Virus record (IMG/VR): IMGVR_UViG_3300008113_007374
Strand: one strand, 5' to 3'
From: an uncultured virus (IMG/VR IMGVR_UViG_3300008113_007374)
Lineage: Duplodnaviria; Heunggongvirae; Uroviricota; Caudoviricetes
DNA: 64,000 nt
Shown here: positions 1 to 9,404 of the stretch, in pieces
Numbering within the stretch: the stretch's first letter is position 1
How the letters are laid out: every line of letters starts with the position of its first letter
Program-made: the position numbers and the translations under genes
Notes under the pieces: model-generated
What the model saw: only the letters and a program-made list of their open reading frames with translations
What the model was told of the DNA's origin: nothing
The model's database searches: none

Positions 1-606
1 TGTTTTCCAATAAGGTGGGTCTAAATAGATATATGTTGATGGTGAATCGTATTTAGTAATTACGTCCGCAAAATCCATATTTTCAACATCAGTTATCTTT
101 AGAAAATGCTCAACCCAATCAGGTTTTAATAACTTATCTCTAAAGGTAAGAAATTTTGATTTATATTTTCCTTTAAGGTCAATAAAATTAGATGTTTCAG
201 GTTTTGACCCACTAAATACTTGCGTAAGGATATAAACATATTTAGCGGCGGTTTCATAATCGCCAGGTTCTAAGCTGAAACCTTGATTGAAAATTTCAGC
301 CTGAAAGCTTACAAATTGCTCACGATAAATTTCAGGAGTAATATCAACACCTTGTTTTTGACAATCAATTGAGTTGATTGCTCGTAGTAATTCGTTAGGG
401 TTTTGGACACACTTAAACAAATTGTAATTTAGTGGATTAAAGTCGTTATAAACAACTTTATTTAGTTTTGGGAACTGTTTTAGGTCCATGTTATAGAAAC
501 ACCAAAACATCCCACCAAAAGTCTCTAAATAGACTTCCATATCTTTATCATAGAAAGGGACTATCCACTTTCCAATTTTACTCTTACCTCCTATATAACT
601 TAACAT
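1..606 (-). CDS. dam: DNA adenine methyltransferase (Dam/D12 class), runs off the window edge
   Basis: Not in the ORF track. Manual translation from ATG at 606: MLSYIGGKSKIGKWIVPFYDKDMEVYLETFGGMFW...YIYLDPPYWKT, containing the YxGGK motif, a motif I-like ExFxG and the catalytic DPPY. Confidence 0.92.
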   Translation of the reverse strand, partial: MLSYIGGKSKIGKWIVPFYDKDMEVYLETFGGMFWCFYNMDLKQFPKLNKVVYNDFNPLNYNLFKCVQNPNELLRAINSIDCQKQGVDITPEIYREQFVSFQAEIFNQGFSLEPGDYETAAKYVYILTQVFSGSKPETSNFIDLKGKYKSKFLTFRDKLLKPDWVEHFLKITDVENMDFADVITKYDSPSTYIYLDPPYWKT

Positions 607-610
607 ATTA

Positions 611-642
611 CAAATATAGTTTTTTTGATATTTATTTTCAAC
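611..642 (-). promoter_or_regulatory. Bacteroidota-type promoter (-33/-7) for dam
   Basis: Minus strand reads GTTG-N20-TATATTTG, 4 nt before the ATG (nearly leaderless). Confidence 0.6.
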
Positions 643-665
643 TAACAGTTAATTAAATTATAGTT

Positions 666-824
666 ATGGAAAAGAAAAAAGCAACAGAAGTTGGGTGTCA
701 AACTTGTAAAAAAGGATTAAATGGTGGTCAAAATGCGATGATAGTTTTTGGTTTTTATATTCTATTTGCTAGCATTATCGGTACTATTGAAATTTTCAAT
801 TATCTAATGAGCATGTTCAATTAA
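666..824 (+). CDS. Small membrane protein with CxxC (52 aa)
   Basis: Manual translation MEKKKATEVGCQTCKKGLNGGQNAMIVFGFYILFASIIGTIEIFNYLMSMFN*; one TM helix; fills the dam-dnaJ gap. Confidence 0.65.
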   Translation: MEKKKATEVGCQTCKKGLNGGQNAMIVFGFYILFASIIGTIEIFNYLMSMFN

Positions 825-1799
825 TTCTTTAATTTTATTTAAAGTTTCATCAGGTAGTTCGATGTCGTTTGTTATGTTCATTTTAACATAAAAGTCCCCA
901 CTATTTGAATCTCCCCTATATCCCTTTTTAACTAACCTTAATGGTTTATCTGAATTAATATTTTTTGGTAAATTTATTAATAAATCACCTTCAGGGTGCG
1001 GTATTTTAACTTGTTTTTGTAACAACACATCCACCACATTAAGTTTTAAGTAATAAATTAAATCTTCTCCATTTTTTTCAAAACTGTCTTTATTGGTTAA
1101 GTTAACTTGTAAAATCAAATCTCCTCTTAACTTTATACCTTGATTAAAGTCTCCCTTGGCTGGAATTCTCATAAAATTACCATTATCAACATTTTTAGGA
1201 ATTGTTACCATTAGAGTTTCATTTCTCATAATAGAACCTTGCCCATAACATGAATTACATGGATTAACAATTATTTTACCTTTACCAAAACACGAAGGAC
1301 ATTGACTTTGTATTAATTGGGTAAACATTCCATTTCCAATCTTTTGTGTTATTGTCCCCACACCTCTACATGTATTACAAACTGAAGTATTACCACCGTC
1401 ACCATTACACGGTTTACACATATCTAAAAAATCGTATTTGATTTCTTTTTTGACACCTAAATACGATTCAACGGGTGATATCTCAACACCCATAACTTTA
1501 TCAGGTGCTCTTCTTGGTCTTTGTTGTCTATAACCACCCATCATCTCTTCAAAGGCAGCTGAAAAATCAAAGTTACCACCACCAAAATTACCAAATGGGT
1601 TATTACGTCTACTGTCGTAGTTAGCCCTTTTTGACTCATCGCCAATATTTTCATAAGCCTCAGATACTTCTTTAAACTTTTCTTCACCAGATGGGTTTAC
1701 ATCAGGATGATATTGTTTACTTAATTGTCTATATGCCTTTTTGATTTCGTCTTGCGATGCTGTTTCAGAAACGCCTAAAATGTCATAATAATTTTTCAT
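804..1799 (-). CDS. dnaJ: DnaJ co-chaperone (class A)
   Basis: J domain with HPD, G/F-rich linker, four CxxCxGxG repeats, C-terminal substrate-binding domain. Confidence 0.95.
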   Translation of the reverse strand: MKNYYDILGVSETASQDEIKKAYRQLSKQYHPDVNPSGEEKFKEVSEAYENIGDESKRANYDSRRNNPFGNFGGGNFDFSAAFEEMMGGYRQQRPRRAPDKVMGVEISPVESYLGVKKEIKYDFLDMCKPCNGDGGNTSVCNTCRGVGTITQKIGNGMFTQLIQSQCPSCFGKGKIIVNPCNSCYGQGSIMRNETLMVTIPKNVDNGNFMRIPAKGDFNQGIKLRGDLILQVNLTNKDSFEKNGEDLIYYLKLNVVDVLLQKQVKIPHPEGDLLINLPKNINSDKPLRLVKKGYRGDSNSGDFYVKMNITNDIELPDETLNKIKELIEHAH

Positions 1800-2439
1800 G
1801 AAAGATAACTACATAATTGTTCTTTTTAAAAATAAAAAAAGAAAAAAAATTATCAAACGTTACGCAACAGAAAAGCAAGCTTTATCCTTTTTTAATAAGA
1901 CTATTAATGAAAATAACGTAATCTTTGAAAAGAAAATTGAAAATGCTGAGGAAGTTGACTATGAAATAGGACTTTTAAGTAAGAATCAATCATTTCAACC
2001 AAGTTTATTTATAACGGATGATTATGGTAGAAACAATCCAGTAAACTTAGAAAACCCCGAATATGTATTTTTAAATATAAAAAAATATAAGGTTGAAGAA
2101 CTAATATTTGATTGGCAAAAACAAAGTAAAATTAGTTTTATAGATTTTATTAAAATTTATTGTAAAACTAATGAGTTAAAAAACATATTTACATTGAACA
2201 ATAAAATATGTGTTCAGATTGACGATGATGTTAATGTTTTCTCATTAAAAGATATAAATGAGTCTGAAAGGTTTTTAGATACTTTACAGAAGTATTTCTA
2301 TGAAAATAATAGAAAGGACTCTATCTTAGTAAAAGATATATCAATAGCTCAAAGGAAATGGTTATATGATATGATGGTAAAAAAGGGATTTGATAAGAAA
2401 AGGCTTTATCGTTTAAAAACTACTTTTTCAAAAAGGTAA
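1798..2439 (+). CDS. Hypothetical protein
   Basis: 213-aa ORF with no long competing ORF; fills the gap between minus-strand genes. Confidence 0.8.
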   Translation: MKDNYIIVLFKNKKRKKIIKRYATEKQALSFFNKTINENNVIFEKKIENAEEVDYEIGLLSKNQSFQPSLFITDDYGRNNPVNLENPEYVFLNIKKYKVEELIFDWQKQSKISFIDFIKIYCKTNELKNIFTLNNKICVQIDDDVNVFSLKDINESERFLDTLQKYFYENNRKDSILVKDISIAQRKWLYDMMVKKGFDKKRLYRLKTTFSKR

Positions 2440-2641
2440 AGTTTACATTACCTATTGAAATAATGCACTTTTCATCTGTGGTGTTATAATTAAGATACCT
2501 TAGTATTTCTGTAAATTTTTTTTGGTCTACGGTTATAATGATTTCGGTTTCATTGGATGCGAAAAAACTATTGTCTAAAATTTCGACAACTTCTGCTAAT
2601 TTCGCTATTTCGGTCCCAAGACCATCATTATTCTTTTCCAT
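2420..2641 (-). CDS. Hypothetical protein
   Basis: 73-aa ORF in a tightly overlapping minus-strand gene string. Confidence 0.65.
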   Translation of the reverse strand: MEKNNDGLGTEIAKLAEVVEILDNSFFASNETEIIITVDQKKFTEILRYLNYNTTDEKCIISIGNVNFTFLKK

Positions 2642-2811
2642 AAAGAATACTTTTCTTCTTTTTGAATTGTGTTTGAAACTTGTGTTTTATCAACTGATTT
2701 TAGCTGAGAGTATAAGTTTAATTTATACTCTTCAGCCTCTTTCATCAGTCTTTCTCTTTCCTCATTTAGCTGTCTCAACTCTTTCTCTATCTGAGGTGTC
2801 ATTTTGTTCAT
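2605..2811 (-). CDS. Hypothetical coiled-coil protein
   Basis: 68-aa ORF, helical and charged, overlaps its neighbours. Confidence 0.6.
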   Translation of the reverse strand: MNKMTPQIEKELRQLNEERERLMKEAEEYKLNLYSQLKSVDKTQVSNTIQKEEKYSLWKRIMMVLGPK

Positions 2812-3199
2812 CGGTGTTTGTAATTAAATTTGCGAATTCTTCTAAATCAAACTTTAAACCTTTAAGGTTTTCTAAGTTTTCTTTTTCAAAAATTTGTTTT
2901 AACTCACTTACTTTATTTTTAAATAATCTTTCCTTCTCTTCCCTTTCAATATTTGTTTTGATTACTCTTTCTATTGTTTCCTCAACAACATTAATAAGTG
3001 TCACATTACTCACACACACAAAAGAAGTAACAATTGAACCGTCTTTATCTTGGTTTTGTAAAATTTCTACATTTTCAGGTGCTTTTTTAGGTATCATCCA
3101 TGTTTGTGGAAAAACCATATCAAAAGTGACATAATCCTTAATAATCCTTACAGACTTAAGGTATTTTGATGTTGCGGTAATAAATTGACTATAAATCAT
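2762..3199 (-). CDS. Hypothetical protein with C-terminal coiled coil
   Basis: 145-aa ORF; ATGA overlap with the upstream gene. Confidence 0.8.
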   Translation of the reverse strand: MIYSQFITATSKYLKSVRIIKDYVTFDMVFPQTWMIPKKAPENVEILQNQDKDGSIVTSFVCVSNVTLINVVEETIERVIKTNIEREEKERLFKNKVSELKQIFEKENLENLKGLKFDLEEFANLITNTDEQNDTSDRERVETAK

Positions 3200-3393
3200 G
3201 CAAAAAGGTATATGATGTATGTTATTATATATGAAATGAAAAAACCGTTCATTACAAGTTGGTTTGTGGTCATTTCAAAAGGTTTTGGTGGTGTAGACAA
3301 CAATGAACTAACAAAGTTAAAAATTAATCTACCGCAACCTAGAATTGAAAAAACAAAAATAAAGATTAAAAGAAAGTTCAAAAAATTATGCAT
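3196..3393 (-). CDS. Small two-TM membrane protein
   Basis: Two hydrophobic segments; translationally coupled to both neighbours. Confidence 0.7.
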   Translation of the reverse strand: MHNFLNFLLIFIFVFSILGCGRLIFNFVSSLLSTPPKPFEMTTNQLVMNGFFISYIITYIIYLFA

Positions 3394-3568
3394 CTTTTGA
3401 TTCTTTTGTGTGATTTAGAATTTCTGTTCTTAATTGTTGAACCGCAGCTTTAAGTTCTTGTGATACTTTTCTAGCTCTAATTCCCGCTGATTTGTTACCC
3501 GTATAAAATTTAGTAGTATCTACTGATAAAGTTTCAACGAGTGCTTTAATTTGTTCTAAAGTTTCCAT
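3386..3568 (-). CDS. Histone H1-like (Hc1 family) nucleoid protein
   Basis: GNKSAGIRARKVSQELK matches the GNKAAGxRARKxSxEL signature of the short Hc1-family proteins common in Bacteroidota. Confidence 0.8.
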   Translation of the reverse strand: METLEQIKALVETLSVDTTKFYTGNKSAGIRARKVSQELKAAVQQLRTEILNHTKESKDA

Positions 3569-3618
3569 TTTAAATTGTTATTCTAAAAATTTATTTTATT
3601 AAAAAATACACACCTATT

Positions 3619-4128
3619 CTAGTATGTAAAGTTTTCAGGCTCTATTTTAAGTGACCTTTCTAATAGTTTATATATATCTGTAAAAATTTCAATATCAGAT
3701 TTTGATTTTTTTGTATTTCTATTGAATATTTGTTCTAAGAAATTTTGAATGTTGTCTTTTATTTTTTGGTCTGTCTGTTGGTAAAATATTTCAAAAAAGA
3801 ATGATTCAAAAAAAGACATGTCAGATTCATTAAAAATAAAATGAATAGATTCTTTTTTAAAATTTTCGATTGTTTTTTTCCAACACCAATTGAAATGGTC
3901 TTTTTTTTGTTGCGTTGTCATACCTACTTTAGTTTCGGTAACCGCATCAACGTCATCACCTAAGTAAGTATCAAGTATTAGGTAATAGAATGACAAACAA
4001 AAATCTCTAAATAATTCGGTGTGTTCTATTGTGATGTTATTTGCCAAATACCAAGCGTTAATGTCTTCTTCATTCATTGGTTTGGCTAACCAATCAAAAA
4101 AACGACCCATGTTATTATTGTATTCCAT
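3619..4128 (-). CDS. Hypothetical protein
   Basis: 169-aa ORF, rich in aromatic residues. Confidence 0.8.
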   Translation of the reverse strand: MEYNNNMGRFFDWLAKPMNEEDINAWYLANNITIEHTELFRDFCLSFYYLILDTYLGDDVDAVTETKVGMTTQQKKDHFNWCWKKTIENFKKESIHFIFNESDMSFFESFFFEIFYQQTDQKIKDNIQNFLEQIFNRNTKKSKSDIEIFTDIYKLLERSLKIEPENFTY

Positions 4129-4169
4129 AGGTCAATAATAACATGAGTCGAAATAAATTGTAGATTAAA

Positions 4170-5498
4170 TTATTGTGTTTTTTGATTGTAACCTATCAGA
4201 TTTTTCATCTTTGTGATTTCTGATAAAACTTTTTTATCTTCAGTAGATTCCAATTTAATTTTAATACCCTCACCTTTTTCTTGTCCTGATTTTTCATTGA
4301 ATACAGGTTGTGGTGATTTATTATATGATTGTTTTTTAAGTTTGTCTAAAGTTTGATTTTTTCTAAATTTATTAAATCTAGAATTAGCTTTTGACTCAAG
4401 GGCATTACCACCAGGAGCATTACCTGTCTCAGAAGACCCTTCATAATATTTATCCATTCTATCATCGTTGAACTCAATAGCATCAGGAACGGGTATATTT
4501 AAACCGGCAATTTGATAATTAAAATCTTCATTGTCGTCAGTTAGTGAAAATGCCATTTTTTCCATTTCTTCCAACTCACCATTCCCAACCGGAAAGTGTT
4601 TTGGATTCATTTCATATTTTCCTTTTGAACCATCTTTTAGATATTCTTTCATTTTTTTGGTAACCATATCAATATAATCACTTTCTTCTTTACCTGATTT
4701 GTTTAAAGATGATTTTAATACGTTTGATGTTGAAACTTTACCTTTTTCGTATTTTTGATTTTCGTTGATAATTTTTTCAATAATATCAATCATTTCGTTT
4801 TCAGTAAAAATGGTTCCATCTTGATTGTCTATTGTGTAATAAGTTTCTTCTACTTTAGACTTATTACCTCTTCTTAACATTGCAAAATCTTCAGCATCAA
4901 TTTTGTTGTTTTTATTTTTGTCAATTCTACGTTGGTTACCGTAAAGTCTTTCGTCAAGTTCAGTTTCATTTTTACTTTTTCTCAACATTGCGAAATCTTC
5001 TTTATCTAATCTACCATTCTTATTTTTATCTAATTTGTGTTGATTACCATAAAGTTTTTCTTCTAACTCATCTTCATACATATCACCACATTCCATACAT
5101 TCATCTTCATCGATTTCTTCAAAATCAATACTCATATCTCTATCTCTTCGTGGTTTTAATTTATCTAAATCCATATCAACATCATCTAATGGTTCAAATT
5201 TTTCAGTATCCATATCCTCATCATCACCTCTAAGTAATCTTTCAATATCTTCTATAGACATTGGGCTTTTGAATCTTTTTTTACCGAATCTTGGGTGTCC
5301 GTCATCCATACCACCTAATTCTTGGATTTCTCCTTCATACATAGAACCACATTCCATACATTCACCTTCATACATTTTTCCTCCACATTCGGAACACATA
5401 CCAGCGTTTTCATTGATTCTATTTTTAATTCTATTTGAGGATTTTTTAATTTCTTCAGATAAAATTCTATCTACGATATTTTTTATTTCTCTTTCCAT
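4170..5498 (-). CDS. Acidic protein with CxxC motifs and two EF-hand-like repeats (possible head core/scaffold protein)
   Basis: Three CxECG motifs; repeats LYGNQHKLDKNKNGRLDKEDFAMLR and LYGNQRRIDKNKNNKIDAEDFAMLR; TATTTAT motif just upstream. Confidence 0.8.
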   Translation of the reverse strand: MEREIKNIVDRILSEEIKKSSNRIKNRINENAGMCSECGGKMYEGECMECGSMYEGEIQELGGMDDGHPRFGKKRFKSPMSIEDIERLLRGDDEDMDTEKFEPLDDVDMDLDKLKPRRDRDMSIDFEEIDEDECMECGDMYEDELEEKLYGNQHKLDKNKNGRLDKEDFAMLRKSKNETELDERLYGNQRRIDKNKNNKIDAEDFAMLRRGNKSKVEETYYTIDNQDGTIFTENEMIDIIEKIINENQKYEKGKVSTSNVLKSSLNKSGKEESDYIDMVTKKMKEYLKDGSKGKYEMNPKHFPVGNGELEEMEKMAFSLTDDNEDFNYQIAGLNIPVPDAIEFNDDRMDKYYEGSSETGNAPGGNALESKANSRFNKFRKNQTLDKLKKQSYNKSPQPVFNEKSGQEKGEGIKIKLESTEDKKVLSEITKMKNLIGYNQKTQ

Positions 5499-5519
5499 AC
5501 TTAATAAATATCTATTATT

Positions 5520-6095
5520 TTATAAATTACTACCTAAATGGTCGATAAGTATATTTTTTATTTCTTCTTCAGTAAGACCTGTTTTTAATGAAACGTTTTT
5601 AATCGCTTCATACATTGCGTTTTTCTTTGGTTTTTTTGATATATTCAATGCCTTAATGTCACCTTGATTACAATAAGGGAATGTTTTACATTCTTTTTTT
5701 ACGGATACAAAATTACCTCCAGGTATTTGTGTTTTTTTCCACGAACGACCTTGTCCTTTTGTTGTATTACCTTTCATATTTTTATCTTGGAAGCTATTAG
5801 CGTCATACGCACCGACGGAAGACGAATCTGTCATTTCATTGGCTTCTACTTTTTTAGGGCAAACACACTTGGATTTAACCCTGTCGCAACTATCACAATA
5901 TTCTTCATCTTCTGTTACTTCTTTTACCTTTGGTCTTTTGTACTCACTTCTTGCTACGTCATCATTAGCAAACAGAGCTAATGCTGGTGTATAACCATAA
6001 CCACCGCCAGTCATGGTAGCTTCTTTTGGTTCTTCTTTTTTCTTTTTTAACGCTTCAGAAATAAGTTTGTCTAAATAATTCTTATCTATTTTCAT
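5520..6095 (-). CDS. Hypothetical protein (Cys motifs)
   Basis: 191-aa ORF containing CDSC..CVC and CKTFPYCNQG. Confidence 0.8.
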   Translation of the reverse strand: MKIDKNYLDKLISEALKKKKEEPKEATMTGGGYGYTPALALFANDDVARSEYKRPKVKEVTEDEEYCDSCDRVKSKCVCPKKVEANEMTDSSSVGAYDANSFQDKNMKGNTTKGQGRSWKKTQIPGGNFVSVKKECKTFPYCNQGDIKALNISKKPKKNAMYEAIKNVSLKTGLTEEEIKNILIDHLGSNL

Positions 6096-6340
6096 TTTTT
6101 ATTTTTTAAACTTGATTGCCATTGATTTTTCTTTGACCATAAGTGGTAGTAAAACTCAGTTGTTAATTCTACAACAATGTCATTAATATCTCCTCTTAAT
6201 TTACCTTTCTTTAATTCTTTTGATAAAGTATCAATAAGGTGATTCTCGTATTGTTTAACGGTGTCAGCCTTCATGAAAGATTTAATTTCTTTCTTGACGA
6301 TGTTTTCTATTTCTTTTTTCTCTGTACTTGAAAGTGCCAT
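6092..6340 (-). CDS. Hypothetical protein
   Basis: 82-aa ORF coupled to both neighbours. Confidence 0.75.
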   Translation of the reverse strand: MALSSTEKKEIENIVKKEIKSFMKADTVKQYENHLIDTLSKELKKGKLRGDINDIVVELTTEFYYHLWSKKNQWQSSLKNKK

Positions 6341-6756
6341 TATTTCATAATACTAAATACTGTTAATGTAGAAAGGACTGCACCACTAATAATACTTATA
6401 AAGGTATTTTTAACCTTCAACTTTTTTACTTCTTTTCTTAATTCGTCGTTTTGGTCTGAAATTATTTTAAATTTTTCTTCGGTCTTTGTAACAATTTCTT
6501 TACTTAAAGAATCTTTTTGTTCCCAAGTATTAATTGATTTTTCAAGATAAATTATCTTGTTATTTAATTGTTTGATTTCTTCCTTGTCTAATTTTGATAA
6601 TTCTTTTAGTCTATCATAATCATTTAAATCTAACAACATCTTTTGTGCTACACTATAAGGAATACACATTTCTGATGTATCAATATTTGGTTTCTTTTGT
6701 GAAAAAGATAAGTTAGACACTAAAAGAAAAATAAGGATGGTTAAAAACTTTTTCAT
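6340..6756 (-). CDS. Exported coiled-coil protein, spanin-like
   Basis: Signal peptide MKKFLTILIFLLVSNLSFS|Q, coiled coil, C-terminal hydrophobic helix; near the amidase-like gene. Confidence 0.55.
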   Translation of the reverse strand: MKKFLTILIFLLVSNLSFSQKKPNIDTSEMCIPYSVAQKMLLDLNDYDRLKELSKLDKEEIKQLNNKIIYLEKSINTWEQKDSLSKEIVTKTEEKFKIISDQNDELRKEVKKLKVKNTFISIISGAVLSTLTVFSIMK

Positions 6757-6757
6757 A

Positions 6758-7108
6758 TTAAAAATTATATCTACTTCTTAACAAACTATCTATTTGTCGT
6801 TTATCTGCATTTTTTATTTCTTCTTTCTTCTGTGTGTAGTAGTTATTAACTTCTTTACGTTCCACTTTTATGTGGGAAATCTTTACATCAATTTCATTGA
6901 TTTTTTTCTCATACACACTTAAAGAGTCATTCAAATTTTCTTGTAACTTTTTAAGTTGTTCGATGTGTTTATCTATTTGTTCTAACTTATATTTGTCTAA
7001 TTCAGACATTTGTGGTTTTGGAGTTGCCAAATATACCACCAAATACAATAGTCCCACACCTAGTAGGACCATTATAGAAGTTTTCCAATATTTTTTTATT
7101 AATTCCAT
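6758..7108 (-). CDS. N-terminal TM plus coiled-coil protein, i-spanin (Rz)-like
   Basis: Single N-terminal TM followed by heptad repeats. Confidence 0.55.
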   Translation of the reverse strand: MELIKKYWKTSIMVLLGVGLLYLVVYLATPKPQMSELDKYKLEQIDKHIEQLKKLQENLNDSLSVYEKKINEIDVKISHIKVERKEVNNYYTQKKEEIKNADKRQIDSLLRSRYNF

Positions 7109-7659
7109 TATTCTTCAGTTTTGATTTGTGTTTTCTTTCTTTGTGAGATTACTTTAGCCCATTTAGCTTTGAACTTATCATAAAAAGTTGTGAGCTTTGT
7201 AATTAACTCTGTTAAGGTTTCATCCAACTTAATCATATCACCATTTATATACACCCCGTTGTTTTCACCAATAGAGTAGAAAAATTCAATGTCCAAATCG
7301 ATTACTTTACCACTCCACTGAACTTCATTGGGATATAAATTTAAAACCCCAAAATCAGAAAGGTCTGACACCTCATTAACAAACTCATCCATGGTTTCTT
7401 GAAATGCTGTCTTTTCTTCAGTGGTAAGTTCCAAATCTTTTTTATCTTTTCCATGCATAGTAAAAAGACCTCCTGAAATACGATAAGTCTTACTTTTATC
7501 TTTTTTTACTTTTTCAACGTCAATTTCCTCACCATCTTTTTGTTTGTCAGCGTTGATTTCGTTTTCAATACTTCTTGCAAGATTAGTTGGTTCTGGTTGC
7601 TCCATCAACATTCTTGACCTTTTAAGTAAGGCTTTTATTTCATCATATTCATTTATCAT
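7108..7659 (-). CDS. Hypothetical protein
   Basis: 183-aa ORF. Confidence 0.8.
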   Translation of the reverse strand: MINEYDEIKALLKRSRMLMEQPEPTNLARSIENEINADKQKDGEEIDVEKVKKDKSKTYRISGGLFTMHGKDKKDLELTTEEKTAFQETMDEFVNEVSDLSDFGVLNLYPNEVQWSGKVIDLDIEFFYSIGENNGVYINGDMIKLDETLTELITKLTTFYDKFKAKWAKVISQRKKTQIKTEE

Positions 7660-8248
7660 CTTTCAATATTTTTTCTAATAATTTAAAATCAAAGGCCGGA
7701 TTCACATCTTTAAAGTTTACATCGTAATTACTTCTTGTTGCAATACCTTTGAAATTTTCAACACCATCTTGTCTTACGTTATGACCTATTGTTATTTTTG
7801 GTATGTTAAATTTATCACATAACTCAACAACTAAATCTCCCGTAACCTCAAGTTGTTTTTTCTCATAGTTATCCCAAAAAAAACAATCCCTCCACTTTCT
7901 TTCAAAAGCCTTCTTTTTATAAATATCACCAATCCAACTTACATAAGAGTCTTCCAAAGTATTTTTTTTCAAACACCCAAAGTTTTCTAATGAAATGATG
8001 ATGGACTTTTTATCGTAGGTTTCGTTTTCAAGATAATTTGAATACATATTTGGTTCCATTATCTTATAAATCTCACCTTTTTTTGATATTACAAAATGAG
8101 GTAGATATGGGTTTTTTTTATTGTATCTATACCTTAATGATTGAATATAATTTTTAACATCACGTTTTGTGTCTGTGAGTATTATTTGTGTTTTTCTTTC
8201 ACTAACACCAATAGGATTAAAATCTGTTAATTCGTACATTACTTCCAT
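7649..8248 (-). CDS. N-acetylmuramoyl-L-alanine amidase (Amidase_2/PGRP)-like protein, degenerate active site
   Basis: KTQIIL..T, HFVISKKGEIY, SIIISLEN, ELCDKFNIP and KDVNPAFDF match the Amidase_2 pattern, but the usual Zn-binding His residues appear substituted. Confidence 0.75.
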   Translation of the reverse strand: MEVMYELTDFNPIGVSERKTQIILTDTKRDVKNYIQSLRYRYNKKNPYLPHFVISKKGEIYKIMEPNMYSNYLENETYDKKSIIISLENFGCLKKNTLEDSYVSWIGDIYKKKAFERKWRDCFFWDNYEKKQLEVTGDLVVELCDKFNIPKITIGHNVRQDGVENFKGIATRSNYDVNFKDVNPAFDFKLLEKILKDDK

Positions 8249-9368
8249 TTGAACTTCGATTTGAATAAGATAATCTTCTTAATTGTTTAGGTTCTTCAAC
8301 TATAACGGGTTCCTCCTCTTTAATTGGTTGTTCTTCAATTATCTCTTCAATAGGTTCTTCTTCAACGATTTCTTCAACTATAGGTTCTTCTTCTTCTTTT
8401 TTTTCTTCTGTAATACCAGTCAAATCCCACTCAAAATTTTCAGCAAAAGTTAATAAATTTTCAGGAACAACAACTTCTTCATGTTTTGGTTCTTCTTCCT
8501 GTGGAATCTCAACTATCTCTTCAACTTGGGGGGTAACTTGGGGGGTAACTTGGGGGGTCTCCTCTTCTTTTTTATTTGGTTTAAATGCTTGATTTGTTGC
8601 AATTACCAAAGTGATTGCAAGAGGGTCAAAAACAAATATCAAAATAAGAATGAATATGTTTGCTGTTTTTTTGACCCCCCAACCAGTAAGTTCGCTAATA
8701 TATTTAATGGTTCCAAGTTCATTACCTGAAATTTCAGCAGATTCTTTATTCAATATTTCAATATCTAATTTTGTAATACTATCATTCAAGGCATCTATTT
8801 TCAAAGACATCTTATCACGATTTTCAATAGCCATTGTTAATTGTGTTTCAAATGACTTTCTATTTGCATTGTTTGCTCTTGTTATCAACTGACCTGTTTG
8901 TCTATCAACACTTTGAGTTGTTGTATTGCTTGATAACGCATCTCTTAACTTTGAAATGTCTTTATCTAATGTTTGTTTTTCTTTTTGGTATTCTCCTTTG
9001 ATTTCTTCAAACCTTTGTTTTTTTACTTCAATATTTTTTACCTCCTTTTGTCCAATCTCAAGTTTTGCAATATTGGAAGAAAACCCTGTACTTAATAATC
9101 CATAGATACCAAGGGAAGTGATTAAAGACAAAGTTACCAAGGCGATTGTCATGTATATTTTTAAAACACCATAAGTTTCTTTCCACTTATCGTGTAGATA
9201 TGTTGCTATTGCTAGTTTTGAAATCTCTAAAAAAGACCCCATGACGATTACTGGTAATGATACTCCAACGAACACAACGGACAAACCTACAACACTATAA
9301 TAGGCTGCGGTTCCTGATAGTCCAAGTGCACAAAATAATAGAAACCACGGTAATAATTTATCTTTCAT
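8217..9368 (-). CDS. Multi-TM membrane protein with long coiled coil and acidic tail
   Basis: Three N-terminal TMs, a coiled coil, a fourth TM (FILILIFVFDPLAI) and an E/P-rich tail with (TPQV)x3. Confidence 0.85.
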   Translation of the reverse strand: MKDKLLPWFLLFCALGLSGTAAYYSVVGLSVVFVGVSLPVIVMGSFLEISKLAIATYLHDKWKETYGVLKIYMTIALVTLSLITSLGIYGLLSTGFSSNIAKLEIGQKEVKNIEVKKQRFEEIKGEYQKEKQTLDKDISKLRDALSSNTTTQSVDRQTGQLITRANNANRKSFETQLTMAIENRDKMSLKIDALNDSITKLDIEILNKESAEISGNELGTIKYISELTGWGVKKTANIFILILIFVFDPLAITLVIATNQAFKPNKKEEETPQVTPQVTPQVEEIVEIPQEEEPKHEEVVVPENLLTFAENFEWDLTGITEEKKEEEEPIVEEIVEEEPIEEIIEEQPIKEEEPVIVEEPKQLRRLSYSNRSSNGSNVRINRF

Positions 9369-9404
9369 AATAATAACTATAATAGATAAATATTAAAGAT
9401 AAAG

